In this document: positions 10,115 through 18,796 of the stretch, piece by piece | Position numbering within the stretch: position 1 is the stretch's first letter | How the letters are laid out: each line of letters opens with the position of its first letter | Program-made: the position numbers and the translations under genes | Notes under the pieces: generated by a model | Databases searched by the model: none | Told to the model about the DNA's origin: nothing | Seen by the model: the letters and a program-made list of their open reading frames with translations, nothing else | Source of the DNA: Pseudomonadales bacterium | GTDB taxonomy: Bacteria > Pseudomonadota > Gammaproteobacteria > Pseudomonadales > Azotimanducaceae | Direction: 5' to 3' | Assembly (NCBI GenBank): GCA_965199895.1 | Contig: CBDATJ010000002.1 | Coordinates: forward strand, 77,899 to 141,898 | DNA: 64,000 nt

Positions 10115-10815
10115 CCTGCTTGTCCTCCATTCGAATCAGATACGGTGCTCAATTTACCTTTATCCAGATAAATTGTTCGGTTTGCAAAGGCTGCAGCACG
10201 AGGATCATGAGTGACCATAACTACCGTTTTCTGTGCTCTTGATTCAATACTTGCAAAAGTCCTAAGATTTCATCTGCGGTATTTCGATCAAGATCTCCCG
10301 TTGGCTCATCACAGACGAGAATCTCTGGATCTGCAACTATTGCACGGGCAATTGCCACTCTTTGTTGTTGTCCACCCGACAATTTAGCAGGAGTATGTTT
10401 CGCTCGATCCGCTAAACCAACAATTTCAAGTGCAGTAGTAGCGTTTGCTTTTCTTTGCTTTCCATTGAGTTTAGTCAACAATAGAGGTAATTCCACATTC
10501 TTTTGAGCAGAGAGAACGGGTAAAAGGTTTGTAAAACTGAAAGACAAATCCAATGGTACGCGACCGCCATTTTGCTAGTGCTCCTTGGGACATGTTTTGA
10601 ATCGACTTTCCACCAACGGTGAGTTCTCCATGAGTTGGTCGATCCAATCCACCGATGAGATTCAACAGTGTAGTCTTGCCACTTCCTGATGGTCCCATAA
10701 TCGCGACAAAGCTTCCTGCATCTATCTTCAGTGAAATTTCTTCCAATACGCTCAGAGGATCGCCTCGTCCTTGAGAATAATGTTTGGACACGTTGCATAG
10801 TGAGATTTCACTCAT
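10111..10815 (-). pseudogene. ABC transporter ATP-binding protein (LolD/MacB-ATPase type) carrying two compensating frameshifts
   Basis: Frame 0 carries Walker A (GPSGSGKTT) up to GFVFQ. The shifted frame carries the stretch from just after the Q-loop Gln (FTNLLPVL) through the signature [14 protein letters not shown] and Walker [10 protein letters not shown]. The original frame resumes with [27 protein letters not shown] and its stop. The span is 705 nt, which is 3n. Confidence 0.75.
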
Positions 10816-10830
10816 TTGATTTCCTATTTG

Positions 10831-12075
10831 TCAATTGATCGAAATGGGTAACCCATCTTCGAGTCGAACCCCGAGTTCTGGAGTCAAATTAACTACTACC
10901 ACATCACCTTGTGCCAGGCCAGCGAGTACTTCTACTCGACTACCTTCAGTTGGAGATACTTCAACATCTCTACGAAACACTGCTTCTTCCGATACTATCC
11001 AAACGTAAGCGGAGTCTACCCCCTCCAATATTGCTGAAACTGGGACGGTTAGTGAGACTTTATCCTCGAATTCCGTTGAATCCATCCGCATCTCCTCTTC
11101 ATAAAAAGAGACACTTACGCCCATATCAGGAAGAATACGTGAATCTTTTTCCAAAAACCCTATTCTGACTCTTACGGTTGCACGAGCGCGATCCGCGGTT
11201 GGAATGATGGCAATGACTTCGGCTTTGAGTTGTGTGTCTGGGTAAGAGTTAAGTGTCACCGTTACGGGTTGTTTCGGTACAACTCGGTTAATGAACTTTT
11301 CGTTGACATCTACCTGGACTTCAATTGAATCCATATCAACAATGGTACAGATACCTGTTCTCGTGAATCCACCACCAGAAACTGGTGAAATCATTTCTCC
11401 AGGCTGTGCAGCTTTGGCAGTCACAATGCCGCCAAATGGTGCTCGAATCTTTAGATCATCCAAATACATGTTCTGTAGCTCTACGCTGGAATTGGCGACG
11501 TTTATGCTCTTGTGTAAGCGTTGTAATTGAAGTTGGAGTAGATCTAGCTCAAGTTCAGCTTGGTCTACTTCATTTTCGCTAACCATTGCTTCGAGATTTA
11601 GTAACTGCATACGTTCGAGATCAAGCTTTGCTTGTCTGATCTGAATCTCTAGTTCACCTTGTGAAGCTAATGACTCTTCGAGTTGGGCAACTGCGAGTGC
11701 CAATTGAGCTCGTTGAAGACTGTCATCGAGTGTAGCGAGTAGTTGGTTTTCTTCGACTACCATCCCCTCTTCAATGAGAACTTCCATGACCTTTCCAGTA
11801 GTCTTGGAACTGACTGTGGTTTGTCTACGAGCCACTACATATCCGGTAGCATCTAATACCGTACTTAAAGGTGTTTGACCTCTAGTTTCAATCACTGTTG
11901 CGACATCTACACTTGGAATACTCTGATCTTTGATGAAGAACCAATAAACAGCGAAGATTCCTGCACAAATCATCATCGAGATTCCCAATAACCAGAGCTT
12001 CGGAGATCGTTGACCACTCGTCTTTTGAGTACGGTCAATCTTCAGATTTTGTATTTTCTGTTCTATATCACACAC
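10831..12075 (-). CDS. HlyD/MacA-family periplasmic adaptor (membrane fusion protein)
   Basis: 414 aa with an N-terminal TM anchor, a long coiled-coil segment (LQRAQLALAVAQLEE..., DLLQLQLQRL), and beta-barrel and lipoyl-like segments. Confidence 0.8.
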   Translation of the reverse strand: MCDIEQKIQNLKIDRTQKTSGQRSPKLWLLGISMMICAGIFAVYWFFIKDQSIPSVDVATVIETRGQTPLSTVLDATGYVVARRQTTVSSKTTGKVMEVLIEEGMVVEENQLLATLDDSLQRAQLALAVAQLEESLASQGELEIQIRQAKLDLERMQLLNLEAMVSENEVDQAELELDLLQLQLQRLHKSINVANSSVELQNMYLDDLKIRAPFGGIVTAKAAQPGEMISPVSGGGFTRTGICTIVDMDSIEVQVDVNEKFINRVVPKQPVTVTLNSYPDTQLKAEVIAIIPTADRARATVRVRIGFLEKDSRILPDMGVSVSFYEEEMRMDSTEFEDKVSLTVPVSAILEGVDSAYVWIVSEEAVFRRDVEVSPTEGSRVEVLAGLAQGDVVVVNLTPELGVRLEDGLPISIN

Positions 12076-12270
12076 TGATTAGTCTCTCTAACTATTGGTG
12101 TTTAGCTTCAATCCTCTTACTCAATGACAGCACTCAAATATCGAATGAAAGTGATAAGAGAAAAATTGTGCTCTAATATCAAAGGGTAACGGACTGTACC
12201 TGTAGAGATAACTCGCTGCGTGTGGAGATTTTGCACACTGCCTAGTTCAATGGACCCCCAATACGGTAGT

Positions 12271-13797
12271 CTATGCTGGAGTTAAGTCGAGGACGGATAT
12301 CTCGTCTTTGTGGTCTCGCTTCCATTCTTTTGGACCTGTTGCGTGTACTGACTGTCCGCTAGCATCAACTGCAACCATAACAGGCATATCCCTTACTTCA
12401 AACTCGTGAATTGCTTCCATACCCAAATCGTGAAATGCGATTCGTTTCGCATCAACTATCGACTTTGAAATGAGGTAAGCGGCTCCACCCACTGCAATGA
12501 AATACACCGCTCCATGTCGGGCAATGACTTTACATGTCTCTGTGCTACGTTCCGCTTTTCCTATCATGCCCATCAGACCCGCGCCCAAAATCTGATCAGC
12601 AAACTTATCCATTCGAGTTGCAGTGGTCGGGCCCGCAGGTCCGATTACCTCATCTCGGACAGCATTTACGGGGCCAACGTAATAAATGAATCTATCTTGA
12701 AGATCTACCGGTAGTATTTCACCACGATCCAGTAAATCACACAGTCGCTTATGTGCTGCATCCCTGCCAGTCAGAATTTTCCCGGAGAGCAAGGCTACAT
12801 CACCTGCTTTTAGTACTTTGATTGACTCTTTCGTTGCAGAATCCAAATCGACTCTGCGTGCACTGTCACTAGGTTCGTAAGCAATATCTGGCCATAACCC
12901 AAAATCAGGAGGCTCAAATATCGCTGGTCCAGATCCATCCAGTTCAAACCGAATATGCCTTGTCGCAATACAGTTAGGGATTACGGCCACTGGTTTGTTG
13001 GCAGCGTGTGTCGGATATTGTTTTACTTTCACATCTAGGACAGTAGTCAGTCCCCCTAAACCCTGTGCACCAATGCCAAGAGCATTAACTTTTTCATAGA
13101 TTTCCAGACGTAATTGTTCTGTTCGATTGGTAGGCTCACGTTCCATGAGTTCCTGTATGTTGATTGGTTCCATCATCGATTCTTTTGCCATGAGCATGGC
13201 TTTTTCTGGCGAACCTCCAATACCAATACCTAGCACTCCCGGTGGACACCAACCTGACCCCATTTCTGGTACAACCTTGAGAATCCAGTCGACTACCGAT
13301 GAAGATGATTCCAACACAATGAATTTGGCTTTGTGTTCGCTCCCTCCCCCTTTGGCTGCAACTTCAATAGTCACTTTATCACCAGGAACTATTTTGGTGT
13401 GTATGACCGCTGGAGTGTTATCGCCTGTATTCTTACGTAAGCCGTCGGGATCATCCAATACTGAACCACGTAATGGATTTTCGGAATTTAGATATGCTTT
13501 TCGCACACTATTATTGATCATGTCCTCTAGACTCTGCTTGGTCTCCCAACGAACATCCATTCCAACCTCAACAAACACGATGACTATCCCAGTATCCTGG
13601 CATATAGGTCGTTTCCCGAGATAACACATTCGGGAATTAACAAGGATTTGGCGAATGGCATCTTTTGCAGGTACAGACTGCTCACGTTCCCATGCCTTGG
13701 TCATCGCCTCAATGAAATCTGGCGGATGGTAGTATGAAATGAACTGCAGAGCGTCCGCGACGCTGTCGATCAAATGATCTTGTTTGATGACTGTCAT
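12271..13797 (-). CDS. fumA: class I (Fe-S) fumarate hydratase, fused alpha/beta type
   Basis: 508 aa. The N-terminus YYHP.DF......AWE.E.S..AK.A..QIL.NS and the CQDTG motif are characteristic of class I fumarases and tartrate dehydratases. Confidence 0.85.
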   Translation of the reverse strand: MTVIKQDHLIDSVADALQFISYYHPPDFIEAMTKAWEREQSVPAKDAIRQILVNSRMCYLGKRPICQDTGIVIVFVEVGMDVRWETKQSLEDMINNSVRKAYLNSENPLRGSVLDDPDGLRKNTGDNTPAVIHTKIVPGDKVTIEVAAKGGGSEHKAKFIVLESSSSVVDWILKVVPEMGSGWCPPGVLGIGIGGSPEKAMLMAKESMMEPINIQELMEREPTNRTEQLRLEIYEKVNALGIGAQGLGGLTTVLDVKVKQYPTHAANKPVAVIPNCIATRHIRFELDGSGPAIFEPPDFGLWPDIAYEPSDSARRVDLDSATKESIKVLKAGDVALLSGKILTGRDAAHKRLCDLLDRGEILPVDLQDRFIYYVGPVNAVRDEVIGPAGPTTATRMDKFADQILGAGLMGMIGKAERSTETCKVIARHGAVYFIAVGGAAYLISKSIVDAKRIAFHDLGMEAIHEFEVRDMPVMVAVDASGQSVHATGPKEWKRDHKDEISVLDLTPA

Positions 13798-13907
13798 TGA
13801 TAACCTTGTTGGAGTCTTGAATTAAACCGAGTATCGACTTGAACTCAATAGTGTAACGTATCATGGTCGACAATCTCATTCTTTGCTAATCTAGCCCAAC
13901 AACGATT

Positions 13908-14498
13908 TTGCCTAAAAAAGCTACCTCACTCCCCCGATCCTTCTACGATCAACCTACTCTTGAGGTCGCCCGTAATCTTCTTGGATGTGTTCTAGTGAGT
14001 TACATCGGAGATGAGATAACATCAGGCAGAATTGTCGAAGTTGAAGGATATTTGAGTGAGAACGACCCATCTGCACATTCAGCAAGAGGACCCACTCCTC
14101 GGACTCAAATTCAATGGGGTCCACCAGGATTTACCTATGTCTACTTGATATACGGGATGTACTACTGCATGAATTTTGTGACCGAAGATGAAGGAGTCCC
14201 AGGTTGTGCACTGATTCGTGCTCTTGAACCACTGGAAGGGTTTCAAACTATGTATCACAGACGTGCAAAAGCAAAAAACAATCGTTCACTTTGCAACGGT
14301 CCAGGCAAGTTAACTATGGCACTAGGGATTACCAAGGAGCACAACGGGTGTGATCTGACTCAAGGTGTAGTACAAGTGACTCCTGGGATCGAAATTCAAG
14401 ATGAATGGATCACAGCGACACCTCGGATCGGGATGTCTGATGGAAATGTTCTCCCCTACCGATATATCATCAAAGACAACGATTTTGTGAGTAAATAG
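13908..14498 (+). CDS. mpg: DNA-3-methyladenine glycosylase (Mpg/AAG family)
   Basis: 196 aa. Contains FY.QPTLEVARNLLG..LV, then GRIVEVEAY-like (GRIVEVEGY), SHS/AHSARG and YLIYGMYYC motifs. Confidence 0.8.
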   Translation: MPKKATSLPRSFYDQPTLEVARNLLGCVLVSYIGDEITSGRIVEVEGYLSENDPSAHSARGPTPRTQIQWGPPGFTYVYLIYGMYYCMNFVTEDEGVPGCALIRALEPLEGFQTMYHRRAKAKNNRSLCNGPGKLTMALGITKEHNGCDLTQGVVQVTPGIEIQDEWITATPRIGMSDGNVLPYRYIIKDNDFVSK

Positions 14499-14538
14499 TT
14501 GCTATTAGGCACTGTCAGTGTGATTCTTAAAAATTCTG

Positions 14539-15870
14539 GTGTACCAGTTCAGAATCATCTCTAAGACTGTTGAAGTAGAGACCATTCCGACACGCTTATC
14601 CCTCCAAAATCGTAGAATATTTATCTCAAATTCACTCTCTAACGCTTCCAAATTGCAATCAACTCGTTCTAATTTCGCCTTTCAATCACACAAGAAAACG
14701 GGGCGTGATGCCCTATCACTCAGTGATGCAGCATATAGACTCAAAGCTCTGGATGACTCAGCTTGGGCAATCCACATTGAAGCATCACTCAGAAAACAAG
14801 CTGGTGAACCTGTAATCTTATTAACCATTGGTGATCCAGATTTTGAGACACCACAATATATCGTAGACGAAGTAACTCAATCTCTTCATCGACAGAGAAC
14901 TCACTATTGCCACTCAGCCGGTGAAGCAACCCTCCGAAATGCATTAGCTGAACTTGAAACGAAAAGCACTGGAAAAGTCATTGATCCCAAGCAGGTTTCG
15001 ATTTTCAATGGTGCAACCTCTGCGATTCATGCAAGCCTATCAGCAATTGCTAATCCCGGTCAGAACATCATCACGTGCCAACCTTACTATCTGGGTTATG
15101 AATCGACTTTTGCAATTACCGGTGTTGAGTATCGCACAGCTAAACCTGCTCCACCTCTATTTAAATTCGACCTCCGTCGAGTGCTAGACCTGGTAGACGA
15201 AAACACAATTGGAATTCTAGTCAACACTCCGTCCAATCCTATGGGCAATCTCGTCAGCGCTGAAGAGCTAGTTCAAATCTATGAAGAGTGCACCAAGCGT
15301 AATCTATGGCTGATTTCTGATGAAGTTTATTCCATGCTTTATTACGAAGAACAACATGTTTCTTTAGCTAATGTCGTACCGAACTTCGACAACGTGATCG
15401 TGATTGATAGCCTCTCAAAGTCGCATGCAATGAGTGGATGGCGTGTAGGATGGACGTTGACTTCAAAGGAACTCACCACTTATTTGCAGGATATTGCACT
15501 AGCTACATTCTTTAGTGGATGTCCATTCGTCCAAGACGCAGCCACAGTTGCAATTCGGCATCATTCAGTCGATGTAGACAAGATGAGACACGAGTACCGT
15601 CAACGACGCGACTATACCATGGAGCGCGTGAATGCGATTCCTGGACTCTCTGCAATTTCCCCGGCAGCTGGAATGTTTCTGATGGTAAACGTACACGAAG
15701 ATGGTGATAAATTTGCCCGTAATCTTCTTGACGATGCAGGTGTTTCCGTGTTACCTGGTTCCGCATCAGGCGACGTACTTCAAGAGTATGTTCGAATAGG
15801 TCTTACTCAAGACGTGACCATCCTCGAGGAAGCATGGGATCGAATCGAAAAGTGGTTGAAGGAACGCTAA
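14539..15870 (+). CDS. class I/II PLP-dependent aminotransferase (aspartate aminotransferase-like)
   Basis: Contains GDPDFETP, the NP.NPMG motif, and the PLP-lysine motif SLSKSHAMSGWRVGW. The first roughly 40-50 codons have no counterpart in typical family members. The real start may be internal (for example TTG near 14653). Confidence 0.75.
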   Translation: MYQFRIISKTVEVETIPTRLSLQNRRIFISNSLSNASKLQSTRSNFAFQSHKKTGRDALSLSDAAYRLKALDDSAWAIHIEASLRKQAGEPVILLTIGDPDFETPQYIVDEVTQSLHRQRTHYCHSAGEATLRNALAELETKSTGKVIDPKQVSIFNGATSAIHASLSAIANPGQNIITCQPYYLGYESTFAITGVEYRTAKPAPPLFKFDLRRVLDLVDENTIGILVNTPSNPMGNLVSAEELVQIYEECTKRNLWLISDEVYSMLYYEEQHVSLANVVPNFDNVIVIDSLSKSHAMSGWRVGWTLTSKELTTYLQDIALATFFSGCPFVQDAATVAIRHHSVDVDKMRHEYRQRRDYTMERVNAIPGLSAISPAAGMFLMVNVHEDGDKFARNLLDDAGVSVLPGSASGDVLQEYVRIGLTQDVTILEEAWDRIEKWLKER

Positions 15871-15963
15871 GATTTACGTCCACTGACTCGTCGTTAGACT
15901 AGACTAAACTCCCATCCTCTCAAGAGAGATGCAGCCTAGATTCTTCCTCCGATTACTTCAAGT

Positions 15964-17076
15964 GTGATAGATCACAGTCGCTGGTTAGAACAGCCAATAG
16001 TCGAACTTGATGTAGAAGAGTGTCGACTTAAGCAAATTTTGAAGGACTACCCATTCCTGCTTGAGGCGACAGAACCATTTCTAGAGTCTACTGTAGAAAC
16101 TATTCGAAGTTGTCGTACTGATCAATTTCGAGAGATGACAGAAAATCTAGGTCATGTTCTCATCTCAACTGTCATTGAGGAAGCTTCAGGTAAATCAGGA
16201 ATTGTCGATGATCGAACACTGTATTGGACTCGATTGCTTATTAAAGTTGTGATCAGAGAAGTGTTGCTCAATGAGTCCAATTTCAGCCCAAGAGACATCA
16301 ATGAACTTCTTGATATCTTCGAAATAGCTAGTCGTCGACACCAGAACTCTTATGCACGCCAGCACCCACTAGAACCCAAGGTTGTGATCACAGGTTTCGA
16401 TCCGTTCAAACTCAATGACAACCTACCGCAGAGTAATCCCTCCGCAGTCATCGCGTTAGACACTGTGAGAAAATGGAATAACCTGCCAGTTGTCGTGTAT
16501 CTGTTTCCTGTTCGTTATCAAGATTTCGATGACAAAGTTGTAGAGAAATATCTAGCCAACGAGTTCATGTCTCTACCTCGAGTGGTTGCAACACTGAGCA
16601 TGGGACGTGAACAGTTTGATCTAGAACGCTTTCCTGGGATTCGACGATCTTCAATTGCAGTCGACAATTTAGACTACTGCCCTGTTACTGAATCACACCA
16701 ACCACGTTGTATGGATGAATATCAAGAGTTTCTGGAGTTCACCCTACCCACCAAACCAATGATCAAAGTTGGTGGTCCGTGGTCTATTCAGGACAACCGC
16801 ACGGTAGAAACCCAGCAATCGGGTAAGATTGAAGCTTCAGAATTGCGCCAACTCCAAGGAGAAATTGCTGTTCGAGGCTCAGGAGGTGGATTTCTATCTA
16901 ACGAGATAGCCTATAGAACACGATTCCTGCAACTCCAGATGAACAAGCAGTTCCCATTAGGTCACATACATGTACCCAGAATCCAGTTATTCGATACTGA
17001 AGAGCTCAACCAAATGAGTGAACAGACCAGAAGAATGCTATGGGCAGTTTTAGACAACCCTCAAGCTGCTCTATAG
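15964..17076 (+). CDS. pyroglutamyl-peptidase I (peptidase C15)-like protein with N-terminal extension and Ser at the nucleophile position
   Basis: Residues from about 139 onward match remembered C15 blocks. ITGFDPF...NPS matches TGF.PFGG...NPS. LSMGREQFDLERF matches GQAGGR..IT.ERVA. GGGFLSNEIAY matches AGTFVCNHLFY. GHIHVP matches GFIHIP. Confidence 0.5.
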   Translation: MIDHSRWLEQPIVELDVEECRLKQILKDYPFLLEATEPFLESTVETIRSCRTDQFREMTENLGHVLISTVIEEASGKSGIVDDRTLYWTRLLIKVVIREVLLNESNFSPRDINELLDIFEIASRRHQNSYARQHPLEPKVVITGFDPFKLNDNLPQSNPSAVIALDTVRKWNNLPVVVYLFPVRYQDFDDKVVEKYLANEFMSLPRVVATLSMGREQFDLERFPGIRRSSIAVDNLDYCPVTESHQPRCMDEYQEFLEFTLPTKPMIKVGGPWSIQDNRTVETQQSGKIEASELRQLQGEIAVRGSGGGFLSNEIAYRTRFLQLQMNKQFPLGHIHVPRIQLFDTEELNQMSEQTRRMLWAVLDNPQAAL

Positions 17077-17542
17077 AGGGTCTTGAGTTTCGCATCAGCT
17101 AGGCACTAATCGAGCGATCTGTGTATGGCAATACGACCCACCCATAGATAAATTCGGAAATTTGCCAATAAATGCATCTCCAATTCTGAAACTTGAAGAG
17201 ACCCAAGTACTTCTGAACCAATGACAATAGCTCACATTGGTTGAAAATGGGTACTGTGATCATCGAATTGTCGTATCCTAATGAACTGTCCGCTGATGAT
17301 CACTACAACCAAGGATATCAATGCGAATAACCATACGTTAGTCAAGATCTCCTTGATTCAATCCATGAACAACGCTGATTTATCTCAGCAATATTTCAGA
17401 TTGCTCACAACAAATTAGTTACTCGCCACAATATCTCTATCCAACCAGTACGGTCGTTAGACATCGAGACACCACTAATCAAATCTACCTTCCATTCCAA
17501 CTTATCAAAAGACAATAGACATCTCTATGAGAGAGATTGTTG

Positions 17543-18796
17543 TTATTGATTGAAAGTAATCGTCTCATCTAGTTTCACCCATCGACCGTTCTGGACTTGA
17601 GCGAGTACTGTATCTTTCAATCCATTATGGTTGTCTTTGGTGAAGATTAGTTCATGACCAAATAGATCGTTGTACGTACCCAAATTAGCAATCGCACTGA
17701 CAAACTTCTCTCGAGTAAGATGCTCTCCTGCTGCCTCTAGTGCCATGATCGCAATATTTGCTCCGCGGTAAGCTTCCATCGCAGCAACGTCGGGTCTAAC
17801 CCCGAAGATTTCCTTATAGCGGTTAAACCACTCAACAGCCTCGGGATTTTCTTCAGTGTCGGGATAGATACGAGTCATGTGAGCGAATACGTAGTACCCT
17901 TCACTTGAACCACTTTCATGTTCAGCGATCCCTGAACCCCCTGCTGCATTATTTCCTACCCAATCAACATCGGTCCAACCTAACTCTCTCGCAGCATCAA
18001 GAATTGCTATAGTGTCGTTGATGATCGTCCCTAGAAGAACAAGATCACATCCTGCTTCGCGCAATCTCAACACCGATGCAGTAAATTCAGTCTCTGTTTG
18101 TTCGTGTGAAGTCCATGCGACCAGTTCGATTCCCATCTCGTTAGTTTGATCGACTGCAGCATCATAGATTTCTTTTCCGTATTCGTTATCCATGTATGCA
18201 ACACAAGGTGCTGTTCGTCCCTTCTCTTCGACAAAGTATCTGACTGCTGCACGGATTTCGTAGTAATAGATCCCACGCAGCGTAAACATGAGCTCATGAT
18301 GTGGCTCAGCCATTTTGATTGAGCCCGTTAAAGGAAACAGATTAGGTACTCCAGCTTCAAACTGGTCGTCCATCACTGCTACGTTGTTGGGGGTACCGAG
18401 AGCGAGGAGCATCGCGAATATCTCATCTCGATATATCAGCTTATTGACGATTCGGAGAGATTCTTGTACCTGGTATTGTGAATCTTCTGCAATGATCCGC
18501 AGTTTGCGACCGTGTACACCACCCATTTCGTTTTGTTCATCAAAACGCATTCGAATCCCATTGACTGATTCCACGCCAAAAATTGCAGCTGGTCCAGATA
18601 AATCGGTATGCATGCCGAACAATATCTCATCATCACTGACTCCCGGTGATATCTCTACCGGTACTTGCGTAGTTTTAGTATCCACTTGATCTGAAGACGT
18701 TGCGGGATCAGAACCGCATCCTACTAGAAAAAGCAAGAAGCCGGTAAGCCCTAAGACAAGCAATCGTTGGTATATCTCTTTCAATTTCTGATTCAT
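17543..18796 (-). CDS. ABC transporter substrate-binding lipoprotein, LIV (type I periplasmic binding protein) family
   Basis: 417 aa with a lipobox (LFLVGC). The fold pattern is typical of Leu/Ile/Val-binding proteins. Its ATG overlaps the upstream stop by 1 nt (TAATG). Confidence 0.8.
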   Translation of the reverse strand: MNQKLKEIYQRLLVLGLTGFLLFLVGCGSDPATSSDQVDTKTTQVPVEISPGVSDDEILFGMHTDLSGPAAIFGVESVNGIRMRFDEQNEMGGVHGRKLRIIAEDSQYQVQESLRIVNKLIYRDEIFAMLLALGTPNNVAVMDDQFEAGVPNLFPLTGSIKMAEPHHELMFTLRGIYYYEIRAAVRYFVEEKGRTAPCVAYMDNEYGKEIYDAAVDQTNEMGIELVAWTSHEQTETEFTASVLRLREAGCDLVLLGTIINDTIAILDAARELGWTDVDWVGNNAAGGSGIAEHESGSSEGYYVFAHMTRIYPDTEENPEAVEWFNRYKEIFGVRPDVAAMEAYRGANIAIMALEAAGEHLTREKFVSAIANLGTYNDLFGHELIFTKDNHNGLKDTVLAQVQNGRWVKLDETITFNQ

